A stretch of 44,911 nt of DNA from Rhizaria sp. SCN 62-66 (taxonomy: Eukaryota). The notes beneath the pieces were generated by a model. That model had not been told where the DNA came from. It did no database searches and worked only from the letters and a program-made list of their open reading frames with translations. The position numbers were made by a program, and so were the translations under genes. The stretch covers positions 62,001 through 106,911 of the forward strand of contig MEDY01000050.1 in NCBI GenBank assembly GCA_001724265.1. The letters are read 5' to 3'. This document shows positions 1 through 9,662 of this stretch, piece by piece; position 1 is the stretch's first letter, and each line of letters starts with the position of its first letter.

Positions 1-433
1 CGGCAACATCCGAACCGTGGCCCACTCGACGGTCAAGCTCGCAATGCGTTGGTCCTCTCTCTCACTCGGTCTGTCCCCTTTCTTCCCCGCTTTTTACTAA
101 TGCCACTTATTTTTCGGACATCTCGAAGTTAGTTTACTTATCTCAGCGATTGGTTCACTGCTATCAAGCTTTTCCTGACGTCTATCGCGTCACCCCTCTC
201 CTCCCAACGGGTGTCTCCGCGCAGCAACCGCCGCAGTCACTCGCCGCTGTTTCACGCTCAGGCCGCTGCCATAGCGATTGCAACACCTGCAGCGCGCTCT
301 GCCTTTGCTTGGCACCTGCAGTCGTAGGGCCCTCGCGGCTACTCCTTGTTGTTTCGCGCGTCCAGCCCTACTACACTCTTGCGTCACGACATTCCATCAC
401 AAGCTCGCGAACAGGCGTTTCTCTCACACAACA

Positions 434-3400
434 ATGACACTGCTGTCGTCATTGCGACAAATTCTGTCGGCTCCACTGCATTCACACTACACCAATATAT
501 GTAAACACGCCACTACAATCCCTCACAACACAATCTCTAGCAACAGTACGGTTTCGTTGCGAGCCTCGCTCTCCAACGCACGCTCTCTGCTGCTGTTGCT
601 CTGCATATTCGCGCTTGCCGCCTGTTGTCGCCACACTGCTGTGCACGCGGCGACCGAGATCCCGTGCTCAACGTACGCCGACCTGACATGCACCTTCACC
701 GGCAACTTCACCGTCGACGGACTCACGACGCTGGTCATCCCCGAGAAAGCCACGCAGGTCACCCTCAAGGGCGCCGTGTTTGCGCCCGATCCGGCCGCGT
801 TCTTCCTCTCAACAGCTCTGTATGGCGACTTTGATGGCGATGGTAACGGCGCAGCGACGTCGCCGCAGGTTCAGCTGACGACAACGACAGCGGCGCTCAA
901 CGTCACCGAGTCCTCGCTGATCAAGGCCACGGTGGTGCTGCTCAAGGCCATGCGCATCACCGTCGACAAGACCTCCAAGATCGTTACCGACGGCCTCGCT
1001 GCCACCGACAAGGACTCTCTCTCCTCTCGTCTCGGTGGTGGTGGCGGTGAGGTTACGCGTGCCAAGAACGGCGGCGGCGGCGGCCACGGCGGCTACGGCG
1101 GCGTCGGCGCCTCCTCCGCCGCTTACACCCACTCTAAGGGCCAGGCTCGGAGTACTTACGTTTCCCCCGATGCTGACGCGGTGGCCGCTTCCGCGGCCTC
1201 GACCCCCGGCTCGCCCCTGGGCTCCATGCGCCGCCCGTCCGCGACCGGCGGCGGCACCGGCGCCTGCATGACCCCGGACAGCCGCCGCGCGCCCGCCGGC
1301 GGCGCCGTCACGCTGTGGACACTAGGCGGGCCGCTGCTGGTCGACGGTCAGGTCTCGGCCATGGGCGCCGTGGGCCCCGCCGTCGGCTGCGGCGGCGGCG
1401 CGGGCGGGACCGTGGTGCTGCGGGCCGGCCCCGAAACCGGCGAGTGCACGGGGATCGTCAACGGCGACGGGTCCGTGGCGGTCGACGGCGGGGCCGGCGT
1501 CGGCGGCGGCGGCGGCGGCAGCGGCGGCCGCGTCATCGTGTGCACCGGCAGCGAGATCTACTCGGTCAAGGTCTCCGCCAGCGGCGGCGAAACGTCCACC
1601 ACCGTGCCAGAGACTGCGACAGCGACTATGACGGAGACAGAGAATCAGAGTGTCAGCGCCAACGCCAGTGCAACAGCGAGTGCGACTGCGGCTGCGCTGA
1701 CTGAGAGCGGCTCGAACGCGGACGCGGAGGCCACCGTCTCCGAGAGCGGCGCTGCCGGCACGGTATTGTATGTGTTCCGTCTCACTGGCGTCAACACGCC
1801 GTATCTCTCGCTGTCAGTGCTTGGCGCACGCATGGGCGCGGTGACGGACATCTCCGACCTCATGCCGGTCAAAGTCAAGACTGCAATGAATAACAACAAG
1901 AATAAGAATAACAACGACATTCATGACGACGGTCGTCGCAGTTTGACTGCGGAGACGGATGACTTGGACGTGGCCATCGTCGACTCGGTGGCACTCAACA
2001 TGGCAACCCTGCTGCTGCCGGCGACCACGCAGCTACGCCAGGGCATCACTACCAACTCCGCGAAGATGTCGTTTGTTGACGCGAGCGAGCCTATTGTGAT
2101 GACGCTTGGCGGCGCGATGAAGCTGTCGAAGTCCTCGGTGCTGTTGCTGCCGCGCGCGCCCTCAGTCTCGGTCTCGGCTTCGCAGCTCAATCTCGACTCG
2201 GTTTCGCTCGTGACCATCGCGGCGACGGCGACGATCGCGGTGGGCAGCGCCACCGTCACCGGCTCGATCATGGGCGTCGGCACACCGGGCAGCGCCGCGT
2301 GGGCAGCCACTGCGCTGACGCTGACCGTGGCCACGGGGCTGACGCTGACCAAGACGGCCGTGGTGAGCGCCGGCAAGGTGACCATCACCAGCGACGAGCT
2401 GGTTTCGATCACGGGCTCTTCGGTCTCGGCGGCCTCGGCCACGCAGTCCACCGAGGCGTGCGCGCCCTTCTACGCCGTGCCCAATTGCACGCTCGCTGAC
2501 AAGCAACCCACGAGCTCCGCCCTCACGGCGACCACGGGTACTTACATCGGGAGCACTTACACTCGCGACGATGACCCGTCGCCGCTGGCCGACGCGCCCA
2601 TGACGCTGCGTATCACCGCTCCCACGATCAACCTCCTAGGCTCCTCGTACCTCTCCGCGGGCGGCATCTCGCTCTGCGCCACGGCGCTCTCTGTGGCGTC
2701 GTCCTCTCTCGTCTCGGCCGCAGGGCTAGGCTGCGGCGGCGGCTCCTCGGCCTGCCCGCCCGCGCTCGGCCCTGGCGGCGGCGGCTGCGGCGGCGCGGGC
2801 GGCGCGTCGCGCGCAGAGCCTGACCCCGAGATCTACACCCCCGGCGGCCCCGCCCGCTCGCTAGCGGGCACCGGGCTTGCCGCAGCCGTCGTCTTTGGCT
2901 CCGGCGGCGCGGCCTCGGGCTCTCCCACGGCTGTTGGCGGCATCGGCGGCGGCGTCGTCGCCGTCGCGGCGTACAAGCTTATCGTCGAGGGCACGGTCAC
3001 TGCCGCCGGCGCCGACGCCGAGTTGGAGCAGGACGAGGGCGCTGCAGGCGGCGGGTCGGGTGGTACCGTGCACCTGCGCGCGCACGTGCTCGACGTCGAG
3101 GCCGGCCGCGTCACCGTCGCCGGCGGCAGAGGCTACGGCGGCGGCGGCGGCGGCGGCGGCGGCATTGTCACCATCGACTGGGTCGACGGCGTCAACAGCA
3201 TCAATACCTCGCGCGAATACGGCGAGCCCCACATCTCGATGACCGGCGGCGACGCGGCTGAGTACGAGCCTGCAATGTATGCTTTCCTGTCCGCAAAGCT
3301 TTATAGCTCGGTTCTGCCCAGCGCTAAAGTTAAGGCCGAGAAGAACATCAGCTCTGTCGCTGAGTACGGCACCGCCGGAAAGTACTCTCACACCGACACC

Positions 3401-6400
3401 GACAACGACAGTCAGCTCGACACAGCCAACGACTCCGAGGACATCCGCGACGACGCCGCTGCTGCTGATGAGAGCTTTGCGTCCGGTGCTCGTGACCGCA
3501 AGGCCGACGGCCGCGTCGGCGGCCCCGGTTTCTCTGGCGCCGCAGTCACGTCTCCGCAGTGCTCTCCGGGCACCAGCGGCTTTGTGTGCTCCGACTGTCC
3601 CCCGGGCGCCTACACCAACGCGTCGGGCCAGATGCTCTGCGAGCCCTGCGCTGCGGGCCACGCTGCCCCCGCGCGCGGCGCCACGGTGTGCGCACAATGC
3701 GCGCCGGGCACCTTCGCGGGCGCCAAGGCCGCGACCACGTGCACCGATTGCGCGTCGGGCCGCTTCTCACGCGACTACGCCGCCGTCACCTGCCGCGCGT
3801 GCGCGCCGGGCGAGTCGTCGATCCCGCCCTTCACGCAGTGCGCGCCGTGCGAGGACGACACCTTCGCGCCAGTCTCAGCCACGCCTGTCTGCGAAGACTG
3901 CCCCACAGGCCGCTGGGCGCCGCGCGGGGCCGCCGGGTGTCTTGGCTGCACGAACAAGAAGGGCGACTCATTCTACGTCGGCCGCGGCTGCGTGTACCAG
4001 TGCCGGCCCGGTCTCGTGTACCCTGACTGCCTTTCGCCCTTCGCGCGGCTATGGAACCGCCTGGGCCCGGTCGGCGCGGCGCTGCTCATCGCCGGCATCG
4101 CGATGCTGCTGTTGCTGCCTGTGCTGTCGTGCGCGCAGTCCTACGCCAACCGCCGCCGCAAGCGCCGCGCGCAGGACCTGCTGCTCGCGCAGCGCAATGC
4201 GCACTTGCTGCGCGGACACGCAGTCGCCGCCGCCGCTGCCGCCGCGGCCGCCGCGGCTGCTATGGGCCGCGGAGGCGGCGGCGGCGGCGCGCGCGCTGTG
4301 ACCGCTGCGACATCCTCGTCATCAAGCGCAGCAGCTGCTGGGGCGCGGGGCCGCGGGGGCTCGCTGTACGGGGCCACGGCGCCGTCGCTGGGCGCGCACG
4401 TTTACGGATACAGTGACAGCGACGTCGGCGGCGGCGGCGCTGGCGCCGGCAGCATGCTCGGCGCGTCGCCGGCCTCGGCCGCCGGTTTGTTTGGCGTCTC
4501 TGCCGGCGAGCTGGCGTTCATGCAGAGCCACCCGACGGGCCACTCGCTCAACGGCGGCGGCGGCGGCAACAACTTCGGGCTCGGTTTCATGCACGGGGGC
4601 GCGGTGGGCGGCAGCGGGCTTGAGGTGGGGGGGCCGCCGCACCACTTCTTCGGCTCGTCCTCGGCCGCCGCCGCCGTGGCCGCGGGCGGCAGAGCCAGCT
4701 CGGGTTCGCTCTCTCTGAGCTCAGACCCGGCCGCCGTGGCCGCCGCGGCCGCCGCGTCCGCCGCCGCGGCCGCCGCGCTGGCGCTGGGCCCGCAACAGGC
4801 GCTGCAACAGGCGCTGTCTCCGGTCGGCGTCGACGCCGCGTCGCTGACGCGCGACCAGACGCGGCTGCTGCTGTCGCTCAAGCACGACGACCTGCCGCGC
4901 GCGCTGGGTCGCGTGTACTGCCACGGCCACAACTCGCCCGGACATCCGTTGTCGCTGCCCTCGCACCCCGGCCAGCTTGCGCCCTGGGTGCTGCCGCGCG
5001 CCTACGCCGCCTTCGCTGCCGCAGTCGCGCGCGCCTGCGCCTGGTCGCCATGGGAGGGCCGCGTGTACCGCCTGCTGCAGCTCGTGTTCATGCCCGCCGC
5101 GCTGCTCTTCCAGAGGCGCCGCCGCGCCGCAAAGGCCGACGCGCTCATCCGCTGTGTGCGCGACTACGATCTCTCGTTCCTCCGCGATATTCGCGCCAGG
5201 TACGCTCTTATAACAACAAATATTCAAGTTTTTTCAATATTCCAATTGTATTTATTGATAAATTTTCTAATTTTACTACACGATATTATTTTCTCACGTT
5301 CTTTGTTTATATCTCCTTATTTTTCTCTTTTCGCGCTTTGTTGCTCGTTCTTTCCCAGGATGCTTGGCGACTGCCTGCGCGTGACCGTGAGCGCGTGCTA
5401 CACCAGCGCCTGGATCGACCTCCTGGCACCCCCCGTGGACATCGATGGTTACACAGGACAGCTCGCCTCCGAGGACGGCTCAGTAGCGGCCTCCTCCGCC
5501 GCCGCCGCTGCCGCCGCCGCCGCTGCTGCTATCACGGCCAGCAACGGCAACGGCAGCGGCAACGGCGCGCTCTCGACCTCGCTGACGCCGTCGTCGTCGG
5601 GCAGCTTCCAGAACGCCATCAGCTATAGCAACAACAACGGCGGCGGCTACGGCGTCTACGGCGTCAACGCGAATCGCGCCAGCCTCAGCGGTGACCCGCG
5701 GTTCGGATACCCGTCGTCCGCGCCCGGCGCCGGCGCGGGCGCCGCACCCGCCGGGTCGGCCGCGGCGGCGGCCTCGCTGGGCCGCGGGCAGCCCCGGCTC
5801 CCGCTGGTGCTGGTGAGCTCGGGTGCGGGCGACTTCTCGCGCCCCTTCCATATCGACGTGCGCGACGCGCTGGTCCTCTCCCTGTCGCTCGTCGTCGGCC
5901 CGCGCTGGCACGCCTTCATTACCGGCTTCAACGCGCGGCTGCGCGAGGTCCCGTTGGCGGGCGTGAGTGACCCCGAGGCGCTGCGGCCGCTGCTGCGGTA
6001 TGTTGCCGTGATGAACAACGGCGCGGGCGTCGGTATCGGACCGCTCTACCCCACGGGCGGTGTCACGCTCGCGCTCGGGCTCGTCCCCAGCATCAACACC
6101 GCGCTTATCACCACAAACACCAGCACGGCCGCGGCCAACGCGCTGGGCAGCGGCGGTGGCGGTAACGGCGGCAACGGCGGCAGGCAGCGGAACAACAGCC
6201 GCCTCGGTAACGCCACCTCAGAGGCGCTCTTGACCAACAGCAGCGCCGGCTACGGCAGCAACCCCCCTCTCAGCGGCATGAGACGCAACAGCGGCGCTCT
6301 CGGCAGCGGCCCCCGCCTCGGCGGTGGCAGCGGCTCCCGCCGCGGCAGCGCGATCGCCAGTGGCGGCGCGGGCGCGGGCTCTGGCCCCGGTGGTGGCCAT

Positions 6401-8977
6401 AGTAGCAAGCGGGGGCCGCAGACCGTGGCCGACGCGCTGGCGCTCATGGACCACTCGCCCGCGCCCTCGGCGCCCGGCTCCCGAGTCGGCAGCTACATCC
6501 CGCCCTCCGCGCACGCGCTGGCGCCGGCCCACGGCCACATCGCCGCCCCCGCGAGTCCCGCCGGTTCCGGCGCCGCACACGGTCATCAGGGCGCCAACGC
6601 CGCGCACACCATGTCCGCCTTCGCCGCCGCCGCCGCCGCCCACGGCAACGGCGGGCATCTCGCGAACGCAGTGGCGGCCGCCCCCATCTCGGGCTGGGAC
6701 GACGGCGATGGTGACGGCGACGGCGACGGGGACGGCGGCCACGACCCCGCGTTCGCACACAACGGCAGCGGCTACACCACCTACAGCGGCGGCGGCTACG
6801 GCGGCGGGTTCATCGCCCCGCCCTCGCACAATGCCGCCGCCGCCGCCGCGGCCGCCGCGGCCGCAGTCACTGGCGGGTCCGGGCTGCCCGCGCTGCAGTA
6901 CAGCGGCAGCGGTTCCCTTATCTCCAGCGGCAGCGTCACTTACGGCAGCGCGTCCGGCCTCGCGGTCGGCGGCGGCATCGGCGGCGGCGGCGCCATGGGC
7001 GGCGGCGGCGGCGGTTTCGACGGCGGCTTCGGCAGCGCGCACGGCCACCTCTTCGCGCACAGCGGCAGCGGGCACGCTGGTCACGCGGCTCACGGCAACG
7101 GCGGCGGCGGCGGCAGCGGCAACGGCGGCGGCGCGCTCGACGCGTACTCTGACGACCCCATGGCCGTGGCCGCGGCCGGCGGTATGCCCGCCCCAACCAA
7201 CACCAGCGGCGGCACTAGCGGCGGCGGCGGCGCGGGCTCGAGCCTCCGGGCCCGGGCGCGGCGCGCGCGGCACCAGTTCTCCGATGACTATGACGGCGAC
7301 GACGCCGCGGCCGGCGAGGACTACGACGGCGCGGCGGCGCACAGCGGGCCCGTGACGTGCTTCGGCCGGCTCGCGCTCATCGTCTGCGCCACCGTCGACG
7401 CAGAGAGGCTCGGACTCACCGCCAACGCGCTCGTGGGTGCGGGGGGCGCGAGCGGCAGCGGCGGCGCGCTTGACTCGGCCGTGGTTTCGGCGAACGGCGG
7501 CGGCGGCGGCTACGGCAGCGCTGCCGGGCGCAGGCGCGGGGCCAACGGCAACGACCACAACGCCAGCGACATTTACGCCGCTTCTGGTGACGACATCTAC
7601 GGCAGCATCGGCCACGGCTTCAACACCAACGGCAGCAGCGGTGGCGGCGGCGGCGGTGCCAACGGCGCAGGCTACGTCTCCATCGTCGACGAGCAGTCCT
7701 TCGCTGCCAACAGCGCTACCGGTGCTGCAACCGCCGCGCGGCCGCTGGGCCAGGCCCCCAACGCCACCGCCGCCGCCGCCGCCGCGGCTGCCGGCGTTGG
7801 CGCCCGTCGCGGAGGCCTGCGCCGCGGCACCGTGCCCCGCGCCGCGACCAACGCCACCGTGCTCGCCCACGGTCACTCCGGCGCCCACGGGCACCCCGAC
7901 GGCGGCGCGCTGGGCTCGCCCTCTGGCAGCGTCGTGGGCGTAGGTAGCAGCGGCGCACTGGGGTCGTACGGCGCGGGGGCCCCGTCGTCGCCGAGCGGGT
8001 TCTACACGCCCGCGTCGCTCGCCAATCCTAGCGCCACGACGTCGCCCTTCGCCATCGCCGCCGGGGCCGCGCCGGGGCCCGCGTCGGACCCTCTGCTCGC
8101 AGTGCTGCAGCAGCAGCAACAGCAGCAGCACCAGCAGCAGAGCCAGATGCCGCTGTCGATCTCCGGCGCGTTCGGCGGCTTCCCCGCTGCATCGAACACG
8201 AAGAGCGCGACTCCTGCGCATCTCGGCGGTGGTCACAGTAGTGGCGACGACGCGCGGCCTGTGGTGGGCTCGCTGCTGCCGCACCACTGCGTCTCCGTGG
8301 CCGCGGTCCTCGCGGGCGGCTACCCCGGCCTCCGCGGGCCCCCGCAGTCGTGCCACGCCCTCGTCCGCTCGCTCTGCTGTCTGACTCACGGCAGCCGCGC
8401 GTGCGGCGTCAACTCGGTCTCATCGCTGCTGGTGCTGATGCTGCTCGGGTACATGGCGCTGACCATCACGTACGCCGTCATCGCGCTACAGCTGCTTCCG
8501 ACCGTGCTCGTCATGGTCTTCCTCGCCGTTCCCGCGCTCGTCCCGCCCGTCGGCTTCTTCTCCATCGTCGCGCGGTCCCCCACCTCGGCCCGCGCGTTCG
8601 CGCTGGTCAACACCGTCGCCTCGGGCAACGCCTGTCTCGTCCTCGCGCTCGTGCTCTGGGGCGTGGCGTACCAGAGCTCGCTCGCTCCGCCCGCGCTGCT
8701 GCTGCCCGCCGGACTGCTGCTGTGGTCACTGCTCGCGGCGCCCCTCGCGCGCTCTCTCGTGGCGCACGCCGACCACGAGCACGACGTCGCGGGCTGCCGC
8801 CGCGCATTCTTCACAGACACGCTGCTCGAGCAGGATATGGCGCTTAGCTCCGCGGACGGCGGCGCTGCCGCGACGGCGGGAGCGGGGGCCGGGATGGGGT
8901 TCGACCCCTATAGCGAGGACACGTACGCCGCGTTCCAGATGCGTCTGCGCGACACGGGCGACGATAACGACTATTAA
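434..8977 (+). CDS. Large Gly-rich, Cys-repeat (TNFR/ephrin-receptor-like) multi-pass membrane protein of an uncharacterised plant/protist family; exons 434-5199 and 5359-8977, ~2,794 aa
   Basis: First in-frame ATG at 434. N-terminal hydrophobic stretch (SLLLLLCIFALAACC). Repeated GGGxGGxV / GGGSGG blocks, then CxxCxxG repeats (~3560-4030) and a TM helix (GAALLIAGIAMLLLLPVL). Conserved-looking blocks RVYCHGHNSPGHP...AWSPWEGRVY...RRRR...YDLSFLRDIRAR and LPLVLVSSGAGDFSRPF...W...FNARLREV resemble, from memory, the Arabidopsis At5g11700/At4g32920-type family. About 4 C-terminal TM helices. Exact start uncertain. Confidence 0.8.
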   Translation: MTLLSSLRQILSAPLHSHYTNICKHATTIPHNTISSNSTVSLRASLSNARSLLLLLCIFALAACCRHTAVHAATEIPCSTYADLTCTFTGNFTVDGLTTLVIPEKATQVTLKGAVFAPDPAAFFLSTALYGDFDGDGNGAATSPQVQLTTTTAALNVTESSLIKATVVLLKAMRITVDKTSKIVTDGLAATDKDSLSSRLGGGGGEVTRAKNGGGGGHGGYGGVGASSAAYTHSKGQARSTYVSPDADAVAASAASTPGSPLGSMRRPSATGGGTGACMTPDSRRAPAGGAVTLWTLGGPLLVDGQVSAMGAVGPAVGCGGGAGGTVVLRAGPETGECTGIVNGDGSVAVDGGAGVGGGGGGSGGRVIVCTGSEIYSVKVSASGGETSTTVPETATATMTETENQSVSANASATASATAAALTESGSNADAEATVSESGAAGTVLYVFRLTGVNTPYLSLSVLGARMGAVTDISDLMPVKVKTAMNNNKNKNNNDIHDDGRRSLTAETDDLDVAIVDSVALNMATLLLPATTQLRQGITTNSAKMSFVDASEPIVMTLGGAMKLSKSSVLLLPRAPSVSVSASQLNLDSVSLVTIAATATIAVGSATVTGSIMGVGTPGSAAWAATALTLTVATGLTLTKTAVVSAGKVTITSDELVSITGSSVSAASATQSTEACAPFYAVPNCTLADKQPTSSALTATTGTYIGSTYTRDDDPSPLADAPMTLRITAPTINLLGSSYLSAGGISLCATALSVASSSLVSAAGLGCGGGSSACPPALGPGGGGCGGAGGASRAEPDPEIYTPGGPARSLAGTGLAAAVVFGSGGAASGSPTAVGGIGGGVVAVAAYKLIVEGTVTAAGADAELEQDEGAAGGGSGGTVHLRAHVLDVEAGRVTVAGGRGYGGGGGGGGGIVTIDWVDGVNSINTSREYGEPHISMTGGDAAEYEPAMYAFLSAKLYSSVLPSAKVKAEKNISSVAEYGTAGKYSHTDTDNDSQLDTANDSEDIRDDAAAADESFASGARDRKADGRVGGPGFSGAAVTSPQCSPGTSGFVCSDCPPGAYTNASGQMLCEPCAAGHAAPARGATVCAQCAPGTFAGAKAATTCTDCASGRFSRDYAAVTCRACAPGESSIPPFTQCAPCEDDTFAPVSATPVCEDCPTGRWAPRGAAGCLGCTNKKGDSFYVGRGCVYQCRPGLVYPDCLSPFARLWNRLGPVGAALLIAGIAMLLLLPVLSCAQSYANRRRKRRAQDLLLAQRNAHLLRGHAVAAAAAAAAAAAAMGRGGGGGGARAVTAATSSSSSAAAAGARGRGGSLYGATAPSLGAHVYGYSDSDVGGGGAGAGSMLGASPASAAGLFGVSAGELAFMQSHPTGHSLNGGGGGNNFGLGFMHGGAVGGSGLEVGGPPHHFFGSSSAAAAVAAGGRASSGSLSLSSDPAAVAAAAAASAAAAAALALGPQQALQQALSPVGVDAASLTRDQTRLLLSLKHDDLPRALGRVYCHGHNSPGHPLSLPSHPGQLAPWVLPRAYAAFAAAVARACAWSPWEGRVYRLLQLVFMPAALLFQRRRRAAKADALIRCVRDYDLSFLRDIRARYALITTNIQVFSIFQLYLLINFLILLHDIIFSRSLFISPYFSLFALCCSFFPRMLGDCLRVTVSACYTSAWIDLLAPPVDIDGYTGQLASEDGSVAASSAAAAAAAAAAAITASNGNGSGNGALSTSLTPSSSGSFQNAISYSNNNGGGYGVYGVNANRASLSGDPRFGYPSSAPGAGAGAAPAGSAAAAASLGRGQPRLPLVLVSSGAGDFSRPFHIDVRDALVLSLSLVVGPRWHAFITGFNARLREVPLAGVSDPEALRPLLRYVAVMNNGAGVGIGPLYPTGGVTLALGLVPSINTALITTNTSTAAANALGSGGGGNGGNGGRQRNNSRLGNATSEALLTNSSAGYGSNPPLSGMRRNSGALGSGPRLGGGSGSRRGSAIASGGAGAGSGPGGGHSSKRGPQTVADALALMDHSPAPSAPGSRVGSYIPPSAHALAPAHGHIAAPASPAGSGAAHGHQGANAAHTMSAFAAAAAAHGNGGHLANAVAAAPISGWDDGDGDGDGDGDGGHDPAFAHNGSGYTTYSGGGYGGGFIAPPSHNAAAAAAAAAAAVTGGSGLPALQYSGSGSLISSGSVTYGSASGLAVGGGIGGGGAMGGGGGGFDGGFGSAHGHLFAHSGSGHAGHAAHGNGGGGGSGNGGGALDAYSDDPMAVAAAGGMPAPTNTSGGTSGGGGAGSSLRARARRARHQFSDDYDGDDAAAGEDYDGAAAHSGPVTCFGRLALIVCATVDAERLGLTANALVGAGGASGSGGALDSAVVSANGGGGGYGSAAGRRRGANGNDHNASDIYAASGDDIYGSIGHGFNTNGSSGGGGGGANGAGYVSIVDEQSFAANSATGAATAARPLGQAPNATAAAAAAAAGVGARRGGLRRGTVPRAATNATVLAHGHSGAHGHPDGGALGSPSGSVVGVGSSGALGSYGAGAPSSPSGFYTPASLANPSATTSPFAIAAGAAPGPASDPLLAVLQQQQQQQHQQQSQMPLSISGAFGGFPAASNTKSATPAHLGGGHSSGDDARPVVGSLLPHHCVSVAAVLAGGYPGLRGPPQSCHALVRSLCCLTHGSRACGVNSVSSLLVLMLLGYMALTITYAVIALQLLPTVLVMVFLAVPALVPPVGFFSIVARSPTSARAFALVNTVASGNACLVLALVLWGVAYQSSLAPPALLLPAGLLLWSLLAAPLARSLVAHADHEHDVAGCRRAFFTDTLLEQDMALSSADGGAAATAGAGAGMGFDPYSEDTYAAFQMRLRDTGDDNDY
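5200..5358 (+). other. Spliceosomal intron, 159 nt (3n, no in-frame stop)
   Basis: AG|GTACGC ... TTTCCCAG|G. AT-rich island inside GC-rich CDS; removal gives ...DIRARMLGDCLRV. Confidence 0.9.
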
Positions 8978-9604
8978 ATGAAACTCACGTCCTGCCTGTC
9001 GTGCTCTTTGACTTGTACAGTATACTTTGCATATTTTATAAGATGTTTTGTTATTTAGATGACAGTTTAAGCTATAATTGGAAGTGAATAAAGACAAGAT
9101 AGCTTTATTGATCATATTTTGTTTACTTTTTACAGCAAAATCCGGTAAAACATGGCATATAAGCAAAAACAAAGCAAACAAGCAAAAAACGCACACCGAA
9201 GTTGCAATTGATTGTTTGTGTACGTTGAAAAAGCCGTAGCCCATGGTAGTGATGAAGTGGTGAAAGTGAAATTAATTAGTCGTTTGTTATGATTAGAGGG
9301 AAGAGATGCTTTCGTGTGAAATTTTCTTACAAGACGTCTGCTTGTATTATTTATCGTTGCTCTGAGGAAGGAGCAAAAACAAAGATAAACAGCTGCCTAT
9401 GACGAAACGCAGGAAGAGTGCAGTCGTTGTGGTGGTGGTACTCATTGCAAATAGCGCAGTCTTGCTTGATCTGATTCTTGCTGAGTCTTAATTGAATCAG
9501 CAAGCAAGAGCACACTATTGAGCATCGGTGTTAGTTAATACTGCCCTGCCACAGTGAATGTGTTCTGGTGGTAGCGTGTCGCAGCGCAACAGCGCACAGC
9601 GATC

Positions 9605-9636
9605 GTGTGACTGTGTGACTGTGTGGCTGTGCGACG
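9605..9636. repeat. Degenerate 8-bp tandem repeat (GTGTGACT)x4 just downstream of the PEPCK stop
   Basis: gtgtgact gtgtgact gtgtggct gtgcgacg read directly. Confidence 0.6.
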
Positions 9637-9662
9637 GTGACTGATGACCGTGAGCGGCTACT

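Noticed and set aside
278..433. ORF-track upstream extensions from non-ATG starts (also at 21606, 30156, 30309, 39603, 42186)
   Set aside because: Eukaryotic context; these stretches are leader or intron sequence, and conserved N-termini begin at downstream ATGs.
6218..8389. 723-aa antisense ORF and the many other overlapping Arg/Ala/Pro-rich ORFs
   Set aside because: Stop codons are rare in GC-rich repetitive exons; these frames overlap better-supported genes.
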